Below are positions 8,319 through 18,604 of a stretch of DNA of 64,000 bases, in pieces. The stretch comes from Acidobacteriota bacterium (GTDB lineage Bacteria; Acidobacteriota; UBA6911; RPQK01; JAJDTT01): positions 2,336,001 through 2,400,000 of the forward strand of contig OZ242374.1 of NCBI GenBank assembly GCA_965209055.1. Direction: 5' to 3'. Below the pieces are notes generated by a model, which was not told where the DNA came from, did no database searches, and was given only the letters and a program-made list of their open reading frames with translations. Each line of letters opens with the position of its first letter. The first letter of the stretch is position 1. Both the position numbers and the translations under genes were made by a program.

Positions 8319-10076
8319 ATGAAATGGACTGGCCGGGTGGCCGTCGGCATGGTAGCGGTCGCGGCGTTTTCGTACGTTTATCCCCGGGTCGCCCGGGAAA
8401 TTCGGGACGAATACGTTCAACGCTTCGAGAACAAGGCGGTCTTTCTCAAGGTCCCGGTTCGGGGACTGCAGCAGGTGATCCATGTCCTGGATACCGGCGC
8501 CAAGCTGGACCGGGGGAACCTGAACCAGCCGGTGAGCTTTAAGGTCGGGGATCAGGTCCGGATCATCGACGTGAATTTCAGGGACAGAACCGTCCGGTTC
8601 CGGTTCTCATCGGTGGGCACGAACCGTGAGGGTTCGTTGGAATTCCGGTTTCCCGCCTCGACTCAACAGACCTTTCCCCAGAGAGAGAACTTCGAAAAAA
8701 GCTTGGCGAGCAGCCTGACCGAAGGACTTTCCTACAAGGAATTGGAATCCGCCAAGGGAGAGTTCATCCGGGGACAGGTCAAGACTCTGGTCCGCGAATT
8801 CGCCACCACCACCAACACTTCGGATGAGGTGGTGCTGCGGACCATCGTGGAGGACAGCCCTCAGTACCAGGAACTGGAGCGGGAATTTTCTCAGCTCCAG
8901 AAGGAACACCGGAGCCTCGATCGGAACGCGTCCCGTTTGGGACAGGCCAGCCGGGAGCAACGCGCGCAGATCACGGAAATGACGGTCGAACTCGACCGTC
9001 TCAGAACCCAGGTCCGAGAGCTGGAGCGGGACAAGACGCAGTCGGCCAGGACCCGCCGATCTCTGGAAGAGCAGTTGAAGGACACCCAGGTCAAGATGAG
9101 CGGGCTCTTGAGCAGCCTGAACGTCGAAGAGGCCTCGAACGCCGAGCTGGACAACAGGATGCAGTCGTTGAGTGAGGGCATCGAGTCGGCACGCCGGAAG
9201 CGGGAGGAGCTCTCGGAGGAGTTGGCGCAGGCCCGCGCCGACCTGAACGAGCGGGAAGCGGCCAATACGAGGCTCACCGCCGATCTGAAGAAGGTCCAGG
9301 GCCGCAACCGGCGGCTCTCCACGGAACTCCGGAGTCTGACCTCCAACAAGGACAGCATTCAAGCCCAGTTTCTCAAGGCCAAACGGCAGAGCGACGCCAT
9401 GGAGATGGCCTCACGCCTGAGTGCCGGCTTGCGGCTGGAGCGATCGGTCCAGGAGCGGGACGGTCAGCCGTTGGATATTGCCGACCTCTATCTGCTTTCC
9501 AAGCGGGTCGGCCGGCTCCAGATCGAGACTCCGGAACACCCGGGACAGATCTGCCGGGTGAAGTTCCTATTGGAGTCTCCGGACCTGGTGGAATTCCAGG
9601 AGGAAGAGCGGGTCCTGTTTGATTCCCTCGGTGGCACTTTCAAGGTTGAGCCCTCCTGGACCTTCGACAGCGACCGGCTGAGGGCGGTTCTCATGGAGGG
9701 GGAGGCGGCCCGGGAGGCCAAGCCCCGGGAGGAGATCGAGTGGGCCTGGATCCTGGACGGTGAAATCCTGGAACCGGAGCGGGCTCAGTTGCGGGTTGAG
9801 TTCGTCAACTCGGACGACCAGAAAATCTCTCTGGATCCCCATGAGTTCTACTTGACGCCGCCGGGCCTCATGTCCTACCTGACCCGGAGCTTTTCTCCCA
9901 TCTCCCTGGGGGCGGGGGTGTTCGTGGGTCTGGTTTTCGCCGGGATTGCCGGGGTCTTTCGGAGACGGTCTTCTCGCCGGCCTCCCAGAACTTCCAGGCA
10001 TTCCAAGCGCAAGACGACTCCTCCACCGGATGCGGAAGAGCCGGATCGCGAATACGTGATCCAGAAGAAGCTCTAG
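8319..10076 (+). CDS. Hypothetical coiled-coil protein with N- and C-terminal hydrophobic anchors
   Basis: N-terminal hydrophobic stretch, long heptad-rich E/R/L/Q region, C-terminal TM followed by RRRSSRR; strong RBS. Confidence 0.75.
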   Translation: MKWTGRVAVGMVAVAAFSYVYPRVAREIRDEYVQRFENKAVFLKVPVRGLQQVIHVLDTGAKLDRGNLNQPVSFKVGDQVRIIDVNFRDRTVRFRFSSVGTNREGSLEFRFPASTQQTFPQRENFEKSLASSLTEGLSYKELESAKGEFIRGQVKTLVREFATTTNTSDEVVLRTIVEDSPQYQELEREFSQLQKEHRSLDRNASRLGQASREQRAQITEMTVELDRLRTQVRELERDKTQSARTRRSLEEQLKDTQVKMSGLLSSLNVEEASNAELDNRMQSLSEGIESARRKREELSEELAQARADLNEREAANTRLTADLKKVQGRNRRLSTELRSLTSNKDSIQAQFLKAKRQSDAMEMASRLSAGLRLERSVQERDGQPLDIADLYLLSKRVGRLQIETPEHPGQICRVKFLLESPDLVEFQEEERVLFDSLGGTFKVEPSWTFDSDRLRAVLMEGEAAREAKPREEIEWAWILDGEILEPERAQLRVEFVNSDDQKISLDPHEFYLTPPGLMSYLTRSFSPISLGAGVFVGLVFAGIAGVFRRRSSRRPPRTSRHSKRKTTPPPDAEEPDREYVIQKKL

Positions 10077-10087
10077 TCCGGCGCACT

Positions 10088-10741
10088 ATGGTCAACCGAA
10101 AGGAAGCCCGCCGCGTCTTTGAAATCATCCGTCTCTTGGAGCAGGAGTACGGCGAGGCCACCTGCGCACTCCATCACGACGGTGCGTACCAGCTCCTGGT
10201 GGCCACCATTCTTTCCGCCCAGTGCACGGACGCCCGGGTGAACATGGTGACCCCGGCCCTCTTTCGCCGATACCCGGACGCCCGTGCAATGGCAGAGGCG
10301 GATCTGGACGAGCTCCAGGAGATCATTCGGAGCACGGGTTTCTTCCGCAACAAGTCCAAGAGCCTTCACGGGTCCGCCACGAAGCTGGTCGACGAGTTCG
10401 ATGGAGAAGTCCCATCCAACATGCGGGACCTTCTGAAGCTGCCCGGAGTGGCCCGCAAGACGGCCAACGTGGTGTTGGGAACCGCTTACGGCATCGCCTC
10501 AGGGGTGGTGGTGGATACCCACGTGGGCCGTCTCTCAAGGCGTTTGGGGCTGACCCACCAGAAGACGCCGGTAAAGGTGGAGAAGGACCTGATGGACATG
10601 ATCCCCCGCGACGAGTGGATCAATTTCGCGCATCGGCTGATCCACCATGGGAGGCGTGTCTGTCAGGCTCGGCGTCCCCGTTGCGAAGAGTGCGCGTTCG
10701 CCGACCTCTGCCCGAGAGTCGGAGTGACTGCCCCGAAATAA
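10088..10741 (+). CDS. nth: Endonuclease III
   Basis: ILSAQCTDARVN, HhH LPGVARKTANVV, VDTHV, C-x6-C-x2-C-x5-C 4Fe-4S motif. Confidence 0.96.
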   Translation: MVNRKEARRVFEIIRLLEQEYGEATCALHHDGAYQLLVATILSAQCTDARVNMVTPALFRRYPDARAMAEADLDELQEIIRSTGFFRNKSKSLHGSATKLVDEFDGEVPSNMRDLLKLPGVARKTANVVLGTAYGIASGVVVDTHVGRLSRRLGLTHQKTPVKVEKDLMDMIPRDEWINFAHRLIHHGRRVCQARRPRCEECAFADLCPRVGVTAPK

Positions 10742-10789
10742 GAGAGCATGAGGTGTGTTCCTCCTCAACTCTTCGACTATCGTTTCCCA

Positions 10790-11590
10790 TCAGTTCCCCA
10801 ATGCATGGAAATGTCCCAGTGGTCCGCTCCCTGTTCCCAGGCGTAGCGAATGGCGGATCGCCTCCGTGACGTAGTCCTTGGCGCGGCGAACCGATTCCTC
10901 CAGTCCGCTTCCCCTGGCCAGATGCGCGGCGATGGCGGAAGCGAAGGTGCAACCGCTGCCGTGGGTGTCCCGGGAGGAGAGACGAGGCCCCTTCAACCGG
11001 ACCCGGCCGGTGCCGGTGAAAAGCAAGTCGGTCGAGCTCTCCGGGTCCCGGAAGTGGCCCCCCTTGATGACGACGGCTCGGGGGCCCATGTCCAGCAGCA
11101 GGCGAGCCGCTTGGACGGCGTCTTCCTCGGAGCGGATCTCTCGTCCGGTCAGCAGCTCCGACTCGTGCCGGTTGGGAGTGAGGACCAGGGTGAGGGGAAA
11201 GAGGAGGGATTTCATCCGTGAAACGGCTTCCCCGCCGGCCAGCGCATGGCCGTATCCGCTCCGGATGACCGGGTCCACCACGATCCGCTCCAGGCGATGG
11301 AATCGGATCCTGTCCGACACCGCTTCCACGGCCTCGGGGGAGGGGATCATCCCGGTCTTGACGGAATCGACTCCCGGGTCCCCGACGGCGGCATCGATCT
11401 GGCGGGCGACATGGTCGGGAGGAAGGGGGAGAATCTCATGCACCCGGCGGGTGTCCTGCACCGTGGACGCCGTGATGGCGCTCATCCCGTGCACTCCCAG
11501 CGCCGCGAAGGTCTTCAGATCGGCCTGGATTCCGGCACAGCCGCCGCTGTCGGAGCCGGCGACCGTGAGTGCGCAGGGAATCGACCTCAC
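10790..11590 (-). CDS. thiD: Hydroxymethylpyrimidine/phosphomethylpyrimidine kinase
   Basis: [31 protein letters not shown], TPNxx[13 protein letters not shown]; GTG start overlaps the upstream stop. Confidence 0.94.
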   Translation of the reverse strand: MRSIPCALTVAGSDSGGCAGIQADLKTFAALGVHGMSAITASTVQDTRRVHEILPLPPDHVARQIDAAVGDPGVDSVKTGMIPSPEAVEAVSDRIRFHRLERIVVDPVIRSGYGHALAGGEAVSRMKSLLFPLTLVLTPNRHESELLTGREIRSEEDAVQAARLLLDMGPRAVVIKGGHFRDPESSTDLLFTGTGRVRLKGPRLSSRDTHGSGCTFASAIAAHLARGSGLEESVRRAKDYVTEAIRHSLRLGTGSGPLGHFHALGN

Positions 11591-12798
11591 CGGGGCCGGT
11601 TCCCGGATCGCCCCCTGCCGCTGCGCAGCCGCAAGAGCCGGCGCCGGGCCTCGGCCAACACGTCCATGGTCTTGCAGTAGGCGAAGCGGATGAGTCGTTT
11701 TCCCTGCTGCCTGCCGGGGCGGTAGAAGCTGCTGCCGGGGACGGCCGCGACCCCGTAGTCCCGGACCAGCTCGGCGGCGAAGGCCACGTCGTCCTTGTCG
11801 GTCACCTGGGAGATGTCCGCCATGATGTAGTAGGCTCCGGCCGGTTTCCAGACCCGGAAACCCAACTGGACCAGCGCCTCCATGAGGAAGTCCCGGCGTT
11901 CGAGATAGTCTCGGGCCAACTGGTCGTAGTAGCCGGATTCCATCGCCAGAGCCGTGACTCCCGCCTCCTGCAGCGGCGCCGGGGAACCGACCGTCAGGAA
12001 GTCGTGCATCTTCCGGATGGCTCCGGCGAGGTGGCCCGGTGCGATGGTGTATCCGACGCGCCACCCGGTCACGCTGAAGGTCTTGGAGAGGGCGCTGATG
12101 GTCACGGTCCGCTCTCTCATTCCCGGAAGCAGCGCGATGGGCTGGTGGACGTGTCCATCATAAAGGATGTGTTCGTAGATCTCGTCGGTGAACACGTAGA
12201 AGTCGTAGCGGACCGCCAGCTCGGCGATCCGATTCAGCTCGTCGCTGTTGAAGACCTTTCCCGACGGGTTGTTGGGCGAGTTGAGGATGAGGGCCCGCAG
12301 CCGGCCCCGGTCGCAGGCTTCGCGGATGGTTCGTTCCAGCACGTCGAAGTCCAGAGCCCAGTCCGATTCCGACTCCAGGGAAACATAAATGGGAGTCGCT
12401 CCGGCGATGATGGAATCGGGACCGTAGTTTTCGTAGAAGGGTTCGAACACCACGACCTGTTCGCCCGGATTGACCAGGGCCAGCATGGTGGAAATCATGC
12501 ACTCGGTGGAACCGCAGGCGACCGTCACCTCCACGTCGGGATCGACGTCCCAGCCGTAGACGCGGCGGTACTTTTCGGCCACGGCCCGGCGAAAGGACGG
12601 GGCCCCCCAAGTGACGGCGTATTGATTGATGTCCTCCTGGATCGCCCGGCAAGCGGCATCCTTGACCACCTGAGGTGCGGCAAAATTCGGATAGCCCTGG
12701 GCCAGGTTGATGGCGCCGTGTTCGTATGCCAGACGAGTCATCTCCCGAATCACCGACTCGGTGAATCGGGAGGCCTTCTCACCGATGTATTTGTTCAA
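11587..12798 (-). CDS. PLP-dependent class I/II aminotransferase (YbdL-like)
   Basis: [40 protein letters not shown]. Confidence 0.92.
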   Translation of the reverse strand: MNKYIGEKASRFTESVIREMTRLAYEHGAINLAQGYPNFAAPQVVKDAACRAIQEDINQYAVTWGAPSFRRAVAEKYRRVYGWDVDPDVEVTVACGSTECMISTMLALVNPGEQVVVFEPFYENYGPDSIIAGATPIYVSLESESDWALDFDVLERTIREACDRGRLRALILNSPNNPSGKVFNSDELNRIAELAVRYDFYVFTDEIYEHILYDGHVHQPIALLPGMRERTVTISALSKTFSVTGWRVGYTIAPGHLAGAIRKMHDFLTVGSPAPLQEAGVTALAMESGYYDQLARDYLERRDFLMEALVQLGFRVWKPAGAYYIMADISQVTDKDDVAFAAELVRDYGVAAVPGSSFYRPGRQQGKRLIRFAYCKTMDVLAEARRRLLRLRSGRGRSGNRPR

Positions 12799-13018
12799 TT
12801 CAACTGCCTCGAATCCGGACCACGCGGTCCCGAAAAGCGCCGCGCTCCGGGGACCTCCCGAAAAGAGTACGCTTGCAATGGTCCGTCCCGCAAGAGCCCG
12901 CCGGGAGCATGCACGAGGATGGGGTCCGCCGCCGCCGAAACTTGACTAAACCTCGCCGGGTTGGCTATGTCATGGGCCGGAAAACGCGTTCGATCGGATG
13001 GGTCTGCGGAGAAATGCC

Positions 13019-14155
13019 ATGAGGAACCTGACGATTCTGGGGGGAGGGAATACCGCATTCGCCGCTGCCGCCAATTTGAGCCTGCGCGGCTTCCAGGTGA
13101 CGATCTGCGAGCACCCCGACTTCGCTTACACGCTCGACCCGGTCCGGAACGGGGGCGGGATCGTGCTGGACGGCGTGGCGGCTCGAGGCCGAGCCCCCAT
13201 TCACGCCCTGACCACCGATTTCCAGGAGGGGTTGCAAAACGACCTGCTCCTGCTCATCGTTCCCGCGTACGCCCACCGCCCCTTCGCCCTGGCCTGCGCT
13301 CCCTACCTGAGAGAGGGCCATACCCTGGTCCTGCTTCCGGGAACGCTGGGGGCCCTGGAGTTCCACGCGCTCTTGCGGGAGGAAGGCGGGGATCCGTCGC
13401 GGATCACGCTGGCCGAGACCGATACGGCGCCCTACGTCTGCCGGAAGCTCACCCCCGACACGGCCCATATCTGGGGAGTCGTCTCCGCGTTGGGTCTCGG
13501 CGTGCTCCCGGCGTCGCAAACGGGCCGGACCAGGGACCTGCTGCGGTCCATTTTCACTGTCGACGGTTTGGGTGAGCCGGACGGGGAGGACAACTCGGCC
13601 GTCTCCTGCTACGGAAACGTTTTCGAGTGCGGTCTGAGCGCCATGAACCCCGTGGTTCACCCTCCCGGAGTCCTCATGAACGCCGGCCGGGTGGAGTATT
13701 CCAGAGGAGATTTCTACTTCTACGAAGAGGGCGTCACGCCGGGCGTGTGCAATGCCATTTACGGCGTCGACCGGGAACGCCGGCAGGTGGGCCGGGCACT
13801 CGGCTTCGAGCTTTCGGTCGTGGACGAGGCCTTTTTCCTCGCCGGTTTCGGTCCCCGGGGCGACCTCTGGAGCACCATCAACGGCAGCCGCATGCTGACC
13901 CAGTTGAGGGCTCCCGGCGAACTGAACACCCGCTGGCTGACCGAGGACGTGCCCTATGGACTGGGAGCATGGAGCTCTCTGGGCCGGCACCTCGGTGTGG
14001 CGACCCCACTCATGGATGGATTGGTGGCGCTCGCGTCAGCGGCGCTGGGTGAGGATTTCAGGGCCTCCAGCCGGACCGTCCGGCGGCTGGGAATCGCCGG
14101 GATGGGACGGGACCAGTTGCTCCGCTTCGCGGAAACCGGGGAGATGCCGGGATGA
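13019..14155 (+). CDS. NAD/NADP octopine/nopaline (opine) dehydrogenase family protein
   Basis: ILGGGN Rossmann start, NPVVHPP, FYFYEEG, DRER, RWLTEDVPYGL. Confidence 0.85.
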   Translation: MRNLTILGGGNTAFAAAANLSLRGFQVTICEHPDFAYTLDPVRNGGGIVLDGVAARGRAPIHALTTDFQEGLQNDLLLLIVPAYAHRPFALACAPYLREGHTLVLLPGTLGALEFHALLREEGGDPSRITLAETDTAPYVCRKLTPDTAHIWGVVSALGLGVLPASQTGRTRDLLRSIFTVDGLGEPDGEDNSAVSCYGNVFECGLSAMNPVVHPPGVLMNAGRVEYSRGDFYFYEEGVTPGVCNAIYGVDRERRQVGRALGFELSVVDEAFFLAGFGPRGDLWSTINGSRMLTQLRAPGELNTRWLTEDVPYGLGAWSSLGRHLGVATPLMDGLVALASAALGEDFRASSRTVRRLGIAGMGRDQLLRFAETGEMPG

Positions 14156-15198
14156 GAGCGTGCCGGATCGCCGAGTCCAGCGTCGGCGGGATCAAGAGCC
14201 TGGTCCTGGAGAACGGGCACCTGGAGGTGGTCGTCCTGGTGGGGAAGGGGACGGACATCTTCTCCTTTCGCCACCGCGCCAGCGGTACGGACTTTCTTTG
14301 GAAGGCTCCTTGGGGGGTGCGAGATCCCGCCACCACCATCCAGGACACGGCCAACCCGGCTTCTTCCTTCCTCGACTACTACTTCGGAGGCTGGCAGGAG
14401 CTCTTTCCCAACGCCGGGGCCGCCTGCACCTATCGGGGTGCCGAGCTGGGAGTTCACGGCGAGGCCTGCAAGGTGCCCTGGACCTGGCGGATCGTGGAGG
14501 AAACCTCTCGCAGGATCTCGGTCCAATTCCGGACCCGCATGGTGCGGACTCCGTTTTTGCTGGAAAAGCGGCTGACCCTGGAGGCCGGCCGGGCCACGCT
14601 CCTGATCGAGGAGACGGTGACGAACGAGGGTGCGGACGCCGCCGATTTCATCTGGGGCCACCATCCGGCCCTGGGGGCTCCCTTCTTGAGCGAACATTGC
14701 CGCCTTTTTACGCCGGCGCGGGTGGTGGAGACGGATGACTCCAACCTCTTCCTGGCCCCCGGGCGGCGTTTCGAGTCCTATCCCATGGTCGAGACAGTGG
14801 ACGGGGAGCCGTTCGACGTCTCCCGGATCCCGCCCCCGGCGGCGCGGGTCACCATGCAGAGCTTCCTGCGGGAGTTCTCGGAGGGTTGGTACGCCCTGGT
14901 CAACCAGGAGAGCGGACTCGGGTTCGCCATGTCCTGGGACCGGGAGGTGTTCCCCTGCCTCTGGCTCTGGGAGGAGCTGTGCGGCTCCGCCGACTATCCA
15001 TGGTGGGGACGATGTTACGTGGCCGGGATCGAGCCCAACACCACGCCGGCGGGCGGAGGTCTGGCCGAGGCGGTGCAAAACGGGACCCAACACCGTTTGC
15101 CGCCGGGAAAATCGCGCCACTCCGTTCTGTGCGCCACGGCGTTCGAGGTCCAGGGAGAACCGCGGCGCGTCGACCCCGAGGGCCGGATCGAGTATTGA
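14152..15198 (+). CDS. Aldose 1-epimerase / DUF4432-like protein
   Basis: GGWQELFPN, HGE, WGHHPA, GIEP; ATGA overlap with the upstream gene. Confidence 0.75.
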   Translation: MRACRIAESSVGGIKSLVLENGHLEVVVLVGKGTDIFSFRHRASGTDFLWKAPWGVRDPATTIQDTANPASSFLDYYFGGWQELFPNAGAACTYRGAELGVHGEACKVPWTWRIVEETSRRISVQFRTRMVRTPFLLEKRLTLEAGRATLLIEETVTNEGADAADFIWGHHPALGAPFLSEHCRLFTPARVVETDDSNLFLAPGRRFESYPMVETVDGEPFDVSRIPPPAARVTMQSFLREFSEGWYALVNQESGLGFAMSWDREVFPCLWLWEELCGSADYPWWGRCYVAGIEPNTTPAGGGLAEAVQNGTQHRLPPGKSRHSVLCATAFEVQGEPRRVDPEGRIEY

Positions 15199-15252
15199 AC
15201 CTGAGGCCGCCGCCCTGGAGGCCGGCATCAAGGCGCAACTAGGGAGGATCTG

Positions 15253-16779
15253 ATGCAGAGCAGAACCGGGTTTCCCCTGCTGGCCGGCATATTCTTGTTT
15301 CTGGCCGGCTCGACCGAGGTTTCAGGCAGCGAAGTGCGGCACCTCGGCGGACGGCTGCAACTGTTTCTGGATGACTGGCTCGTCGAGTCTGCCGACGACG
15401 TTCGCCGTGTGCTCCACCGTCCCGAGCGCCGCGAGGCGGCGATTCGGGTCGACCGGCCCTGGGAAGACATCTACATGTACAACCCGGTGGTCATCAAGGA
15501 CGGGCATCGCTACCGCATGTGGTACCGCGCCAAATACCTGGCAAGGCCCTTTCTGACCGCATACGCGGAGAGCCTGGACGGGATCCATTGGGTGAAGCCC
15601 AATTTGGGACTCATCGAATTCGACGGCTCCCGCAACAACAACATCATCTGGCCCATTGCCGGGGCGGACGGGAGGTCGTTCTCCGTTTTCAAGGACGAAA
15701 ACCCCGATGCCCGGGCCGATGCGCGGTACAAGGCCATCACCAATCTGAACGAGATCACCGAGTCGGGGAAACGGCGGGCGGTGATCTACGGACTTGGCTC
15801 TCCCGACGGCTTGCAATGGCGGCATCTCCACAAGGAGCCCATGGTGAAGGCCCTGGTGGAAGATCCCCAGTTTGATTCCCACAACATCGCCCTCTGGGAC
15901 TCGGTGCGCCGACACTACGCCATCTACGCGCGGGGCTGGTACCGGAAGGGCTTGCCTCCCCCGGGATCGGACCGGGTTGGCCGCACTGCGCACACGGTGA
16001 CCATGAAGCTTCCATCGGGAGAGACGAGGGAAATGACCCATATCCGGGACATTCGCCGTTACGTCTCCAAGGACTTCTCGAATTGGTCGCCACAGGAGTA
16101 CATCGGATTGGGCGGAGCGCCGTTGGAGCACCTCTACAAGAACTCCGCGACTCCCTACTACCGGGACCCCGGCCTCCTGCTCATGTTCCCGAAGCGGTTT
16201 CTTCCCACGCGAAAAGCCGATCCGGACTGGGAACACGTCGGTCTTTCCGACATCGTCTTCATGTTCAGCCGGGACGGCCTGAACTTCGACCGCCGATACA
16301 TGGAGGCTTTTCTCCGTCCGGGCCGGGACCCGTTGGCCTGGCACGAACGTTCCATCCACGTGGGCACCGGCCTGGTCCCCACCGGAGAACGGGAAATGTC
16401 CCTCTATTTCATCGAGCACGGCAAGACAGCTCGGATGTCCATCCGGCGGGGAGTGTTGAGAGTGGACGGCCTGGCATCGTTGCGGGCGCCCTTTTCGGGA
16501 GGGACGGTCCTGACCCGTCCCCTGACCTTCTCCGGTTCCCGCCTGGTGCTCAACTACTCCACCTCGGCCGCCGGCCAAATCCGGGTTGAGGTCCAGGACG
16601 AAACGGGGGCGCCGTTGCCGGGATTCGGGATGGAGGACTGTCCCGAGATCTACGGAGACGAGATCGAACGGGTCGTCGCCTGGCGGACCGGTTCCGACCT
16701 GACCTCCTTGGCGGGGCGCACCGTGCGCCTCAGGATCGAGATGAAAGACGCCGACCTGTTCTCCCTGCGGTTCCGGTAG
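15253..16779 (+). CDS. Secreted beta-propeller (glycosidase-like) protein with C-terminal beta-sandwich, paralog 1
   Basis: Signal peptide; QLFLDD, YRMWY, repeated SxDGxxW Asp-box-like motifs, LRVDG...LVLNYSTSAAG...DADLFS tail. Confidence 0.7.
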   Translation: MQSRTGFPLLAGIFLFLAGSTEVSGSEVRHLGGRLQLFLDDWLVESADDVRRVLHRPERREAAIRVDRPWEDIYMYNPVVIKDGHRYRMWYRAKYLARPFLTAYAESLDGIHWVKPNLGLIEFDGSRNNNIIWPIAGADGRSFSVFKDENPDARADARYKAITNLNEITESGKRRAVIYGLGSPDGLQWRHLHKEPMVKALVEDPQFDSHNIALWDSVRRHYAIYARGWYRKGLPPPGSDRVGRTAHTVTMKLPSGETREMTHIRDIRRYVSKDFSNWSPQEYIGLGGAPLEHLYKNSATPYYRDPGLLLMFPKRFLPTRKADPDWEHVGLSDIVFMFSRDGLNFDRRYMEAFLRPGRDPLAWHERSIHVGTGLVPTGEREMSLYFIEHGKTARMSIRRGVLRVDGLASLRAPFSGGTVLTRPLTFSGSRLVLNYSTSAAGQIRVEVQDETGAPLPGFGMEDCPEIYGDEIERVVAWRTGSDLTSLAGRTVRLRIEMKDADLFSLRFR

Positions 16780-16795
16780 GCGAAAGGAGTCCTCA

Positions 16796-18445
16796 ATGAA
16801 TGCAGCGACGCGATTCCAACGCCGCCCCCTGGCCGGGGACCAGGCGGCCGGCATCGGGAGCTCCAGGGGGAGAAGGACCTTTTTGAAGGCCGCCGGCCTG
16901 GGGATCTTTGGAGTTGCGGCCGAACGCCTGCGGGCTCAGGTTCGTGGCCACGAGGGACCGGCCTGGTTTCCGTTGGAGGATCTCTATCGCCGGATCCGGC
17001 GGTTGGGCCGCGAGCACGGGGACTTTCTGAGGCTGGGGGATCTGGGGAAGAGCGTCCAGGGCCGTCCCCTGGTGGCGGTCCGTCTGAGCGACTGGTCCAT
17101 CTCCGGCGAGCACAAGGAGCACGTCCTCCTCACAACGCTCCATTCCGGAGGCGAGCGGATCGGCCCCAGCGCCATGTTGGAACTGGTGGAGTGGCTGCTC
17201 TCCGGCCATCCCCTGGCCCGGCGGATCCTGGCCCGCCAGGAGGTGGTATGCGTCCCCATCGTCAATCCGGACGGATACGTGAGCGGCAGCTTCCACAATG
17301 CCAACGATCTGGACCCGTACAACAACTGGACCCTGGACGGCCCGGTGCAGCCCGAGAAGCATCCGGAGGCCGTAGCCGTCCGGCGTCTCATGGATGAACT
17401 GCAGCCTGAAGTGCATGCGGACATGCACGGCTCCTTCCTCGAGTTCTACGGCTCCATCCACGCCGATACGGCGGCCGCCTACTCCAACGTCTCACTGCGT
17501 CCGTATCATCACGAAATCATGCGGCTCATGAACGAGGCGGCGTTGGAGGAGGGCTACCCGGCCGACTGGCTGGAGGAGGACTCGGAGCGCATGTTCTGGG
17601 GTCCCGATCTGGACGGGATGCGGGAGAAGACCTGGAAGGGCCGGCCCCGGGTCTACGCCGCCACCTATTGCTACAACCGGTACCACTCCCTGGTGACGGC
17701 CAACGAGAATGCGTGGGAACGAAGCGCCCTGCTCCGCTATCGCCGGCTGCTCCAAGTGGGGAACGAAGTCTGGCCCGGAGAGTACTATCCGGGTTATCCG
17801 ACCCGGGTGATGATGGGCAACGACCTGCATCGTCTGACCGCCTACGGAACCACGGCGGGCGACCGCCGGAGGAGCAGGGTGGAGCTGTGGAACAAGCTGC
17901 GTCAGCTCAGCTTCGGCTTCGACTGGCCGGAGGTGGAGGGCATGGCGCTTTGCGTCTGCGCCACCTCCCGGGAAGCGGCCCGCAAATGGTTGGGAGACAA
18001 CACGCTCCTGGACATGCTCTCCCGTATCGAGGGTCATCCCGGGATGAACCTGGAGCCCATCCGGCGCCTGGTCCATCGTCATCCCCTGGACGACGGCAAG
18101 CGCCCGGCGCGCTTTCTGGTGGAGGGGGGAGGCGCCAAGTTCTACCGGCAGGACTCGGGACCCGACCGCCTGGAGACCGGGGAGAGCGGCCCCGTTCGCC
18201 ACGGAATCTGCGTGCGGCTGCGAATCCCCTACCAGAACGCCCGGATTCTCGACCTCAGGCTCAACGGGCATGTCGTGGACCCATCCGAAACGGATGGGTT
18301 CGTCACCTGGGTGGCCCGGGGGTTCACCCATGTCCAGGTCGCCATTCCTCCCCGCACGACACGGGCCGGGGAGATCTTCCTGGTGACCTGTGAATACGAC
18401 CCCCGGGAGAGGCGCCGGCAGGGGAAGGTCCACTTCACGAACTGA
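16796..18445 (+). CDS. Tat-exported M14-family zinc carboxypeptidase-like protein
   Basis: RRTFLK twin-arginine motif; GKSVQGRPL, HSGGE, PIVNPDG, DMHG. Confidence 0.7.
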   Translation: MNAATRFQRRPLAGDQAAGIGSSRGRRTFLKAAGLGIFGVAAERLRAQVRGHEGPAWFPLEDLYRRIRRLGREHGDFLRLGDLGKSVQGRPLVAVRLSDWSISGEHKEHVLLTTLHSGGERIGPSAMLELVEWLLSGHPLARRILARQEVVCVPIVNPDGYVSGSFHNANDLDPYNNWTLDGPVQPEKHPEAVAVRRLMDELQPEVHADMHGSFLEFYGSIHADTAAAYSNVSLRPYHHEIMRLMNEAALEEGYPADWLEEDSERMFWGPDLDGMREKTWKGRPRVYAATYCYNRYHSLVTANENAWERSALLRYRRLLQVGNEVWPGEYYPGYPTRVMMGNDLHRLTAYGTTAGDRRRSRVELWNKLRQLSFGFDWPEVEGMALCVCATSREAARKWLGDNTLLDMLSRIEGHPGMNLEPIRRLVHRHPLDDGKRPARFLVEGGGAKFYRQDSGPDRLETGESGPVRHGICVRLRIPYQNARILDLRLNGHVVDPSETDGFVTWVARGFTHVQVAIPPRTTRAGEIFLVTCEYDPRERRRQGKVHFTN

Positions 18446-18478
18446 AAATCTCGAATAATGAAGGGCGGAGAGACGAGA

Positions 18479-18552
18479 CAGGTCATTGAGGAGCATGGAG
18501 TTCGAATATCCGGGGTGCACGGGGCGGTGCCTGGTAATCCGGAATGACCCTG
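18479..18552 (+). ncRNA. Candidate structured leader RNA upstream of nhaA
   Basis: GGTCATT (18481-87) pairs with AATGACC (18543-49); inner stems TATCCGG/CTGGTA and GCAC/GTGC; family not identified. Confidence 0.35.
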
Positions 18553-18604
18553 AGATCCCGCGTCGATCCGCATGAGATGAACCCATCGAAATAAAGGTTG
18601 TATC

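Noticed and set aside
10790-12064. Long N-terminal extensions in track ORFs (thiD, HDAC, DUF1501, DUF1553, queE and others)
   Set aside because: Artifacts of first-start calling; downstream starts with an RBS or stop-start overlap fit the family lengths.
13019-14155. Opine metallophore (staphylopine/pseudopaline) biosynthesis
   Set aside because: No nicotianamine synthase-like gene, exporter or metal ABC transporter nearby.
18449-18460. TCTCGAATAATG also present at 49365-49376
   Set aside because: One shared 12-mer among a few kb of intergenic DNA is roughly expected by chance.
18489-18552. Fluoride riboswitch call from ATGGAGTTCG...AATGAC
   Set aside because: Lacks the GGCGA/TCGCC stem and a clean pseudoknot partner; kept only as an unassigned candidate RNA.
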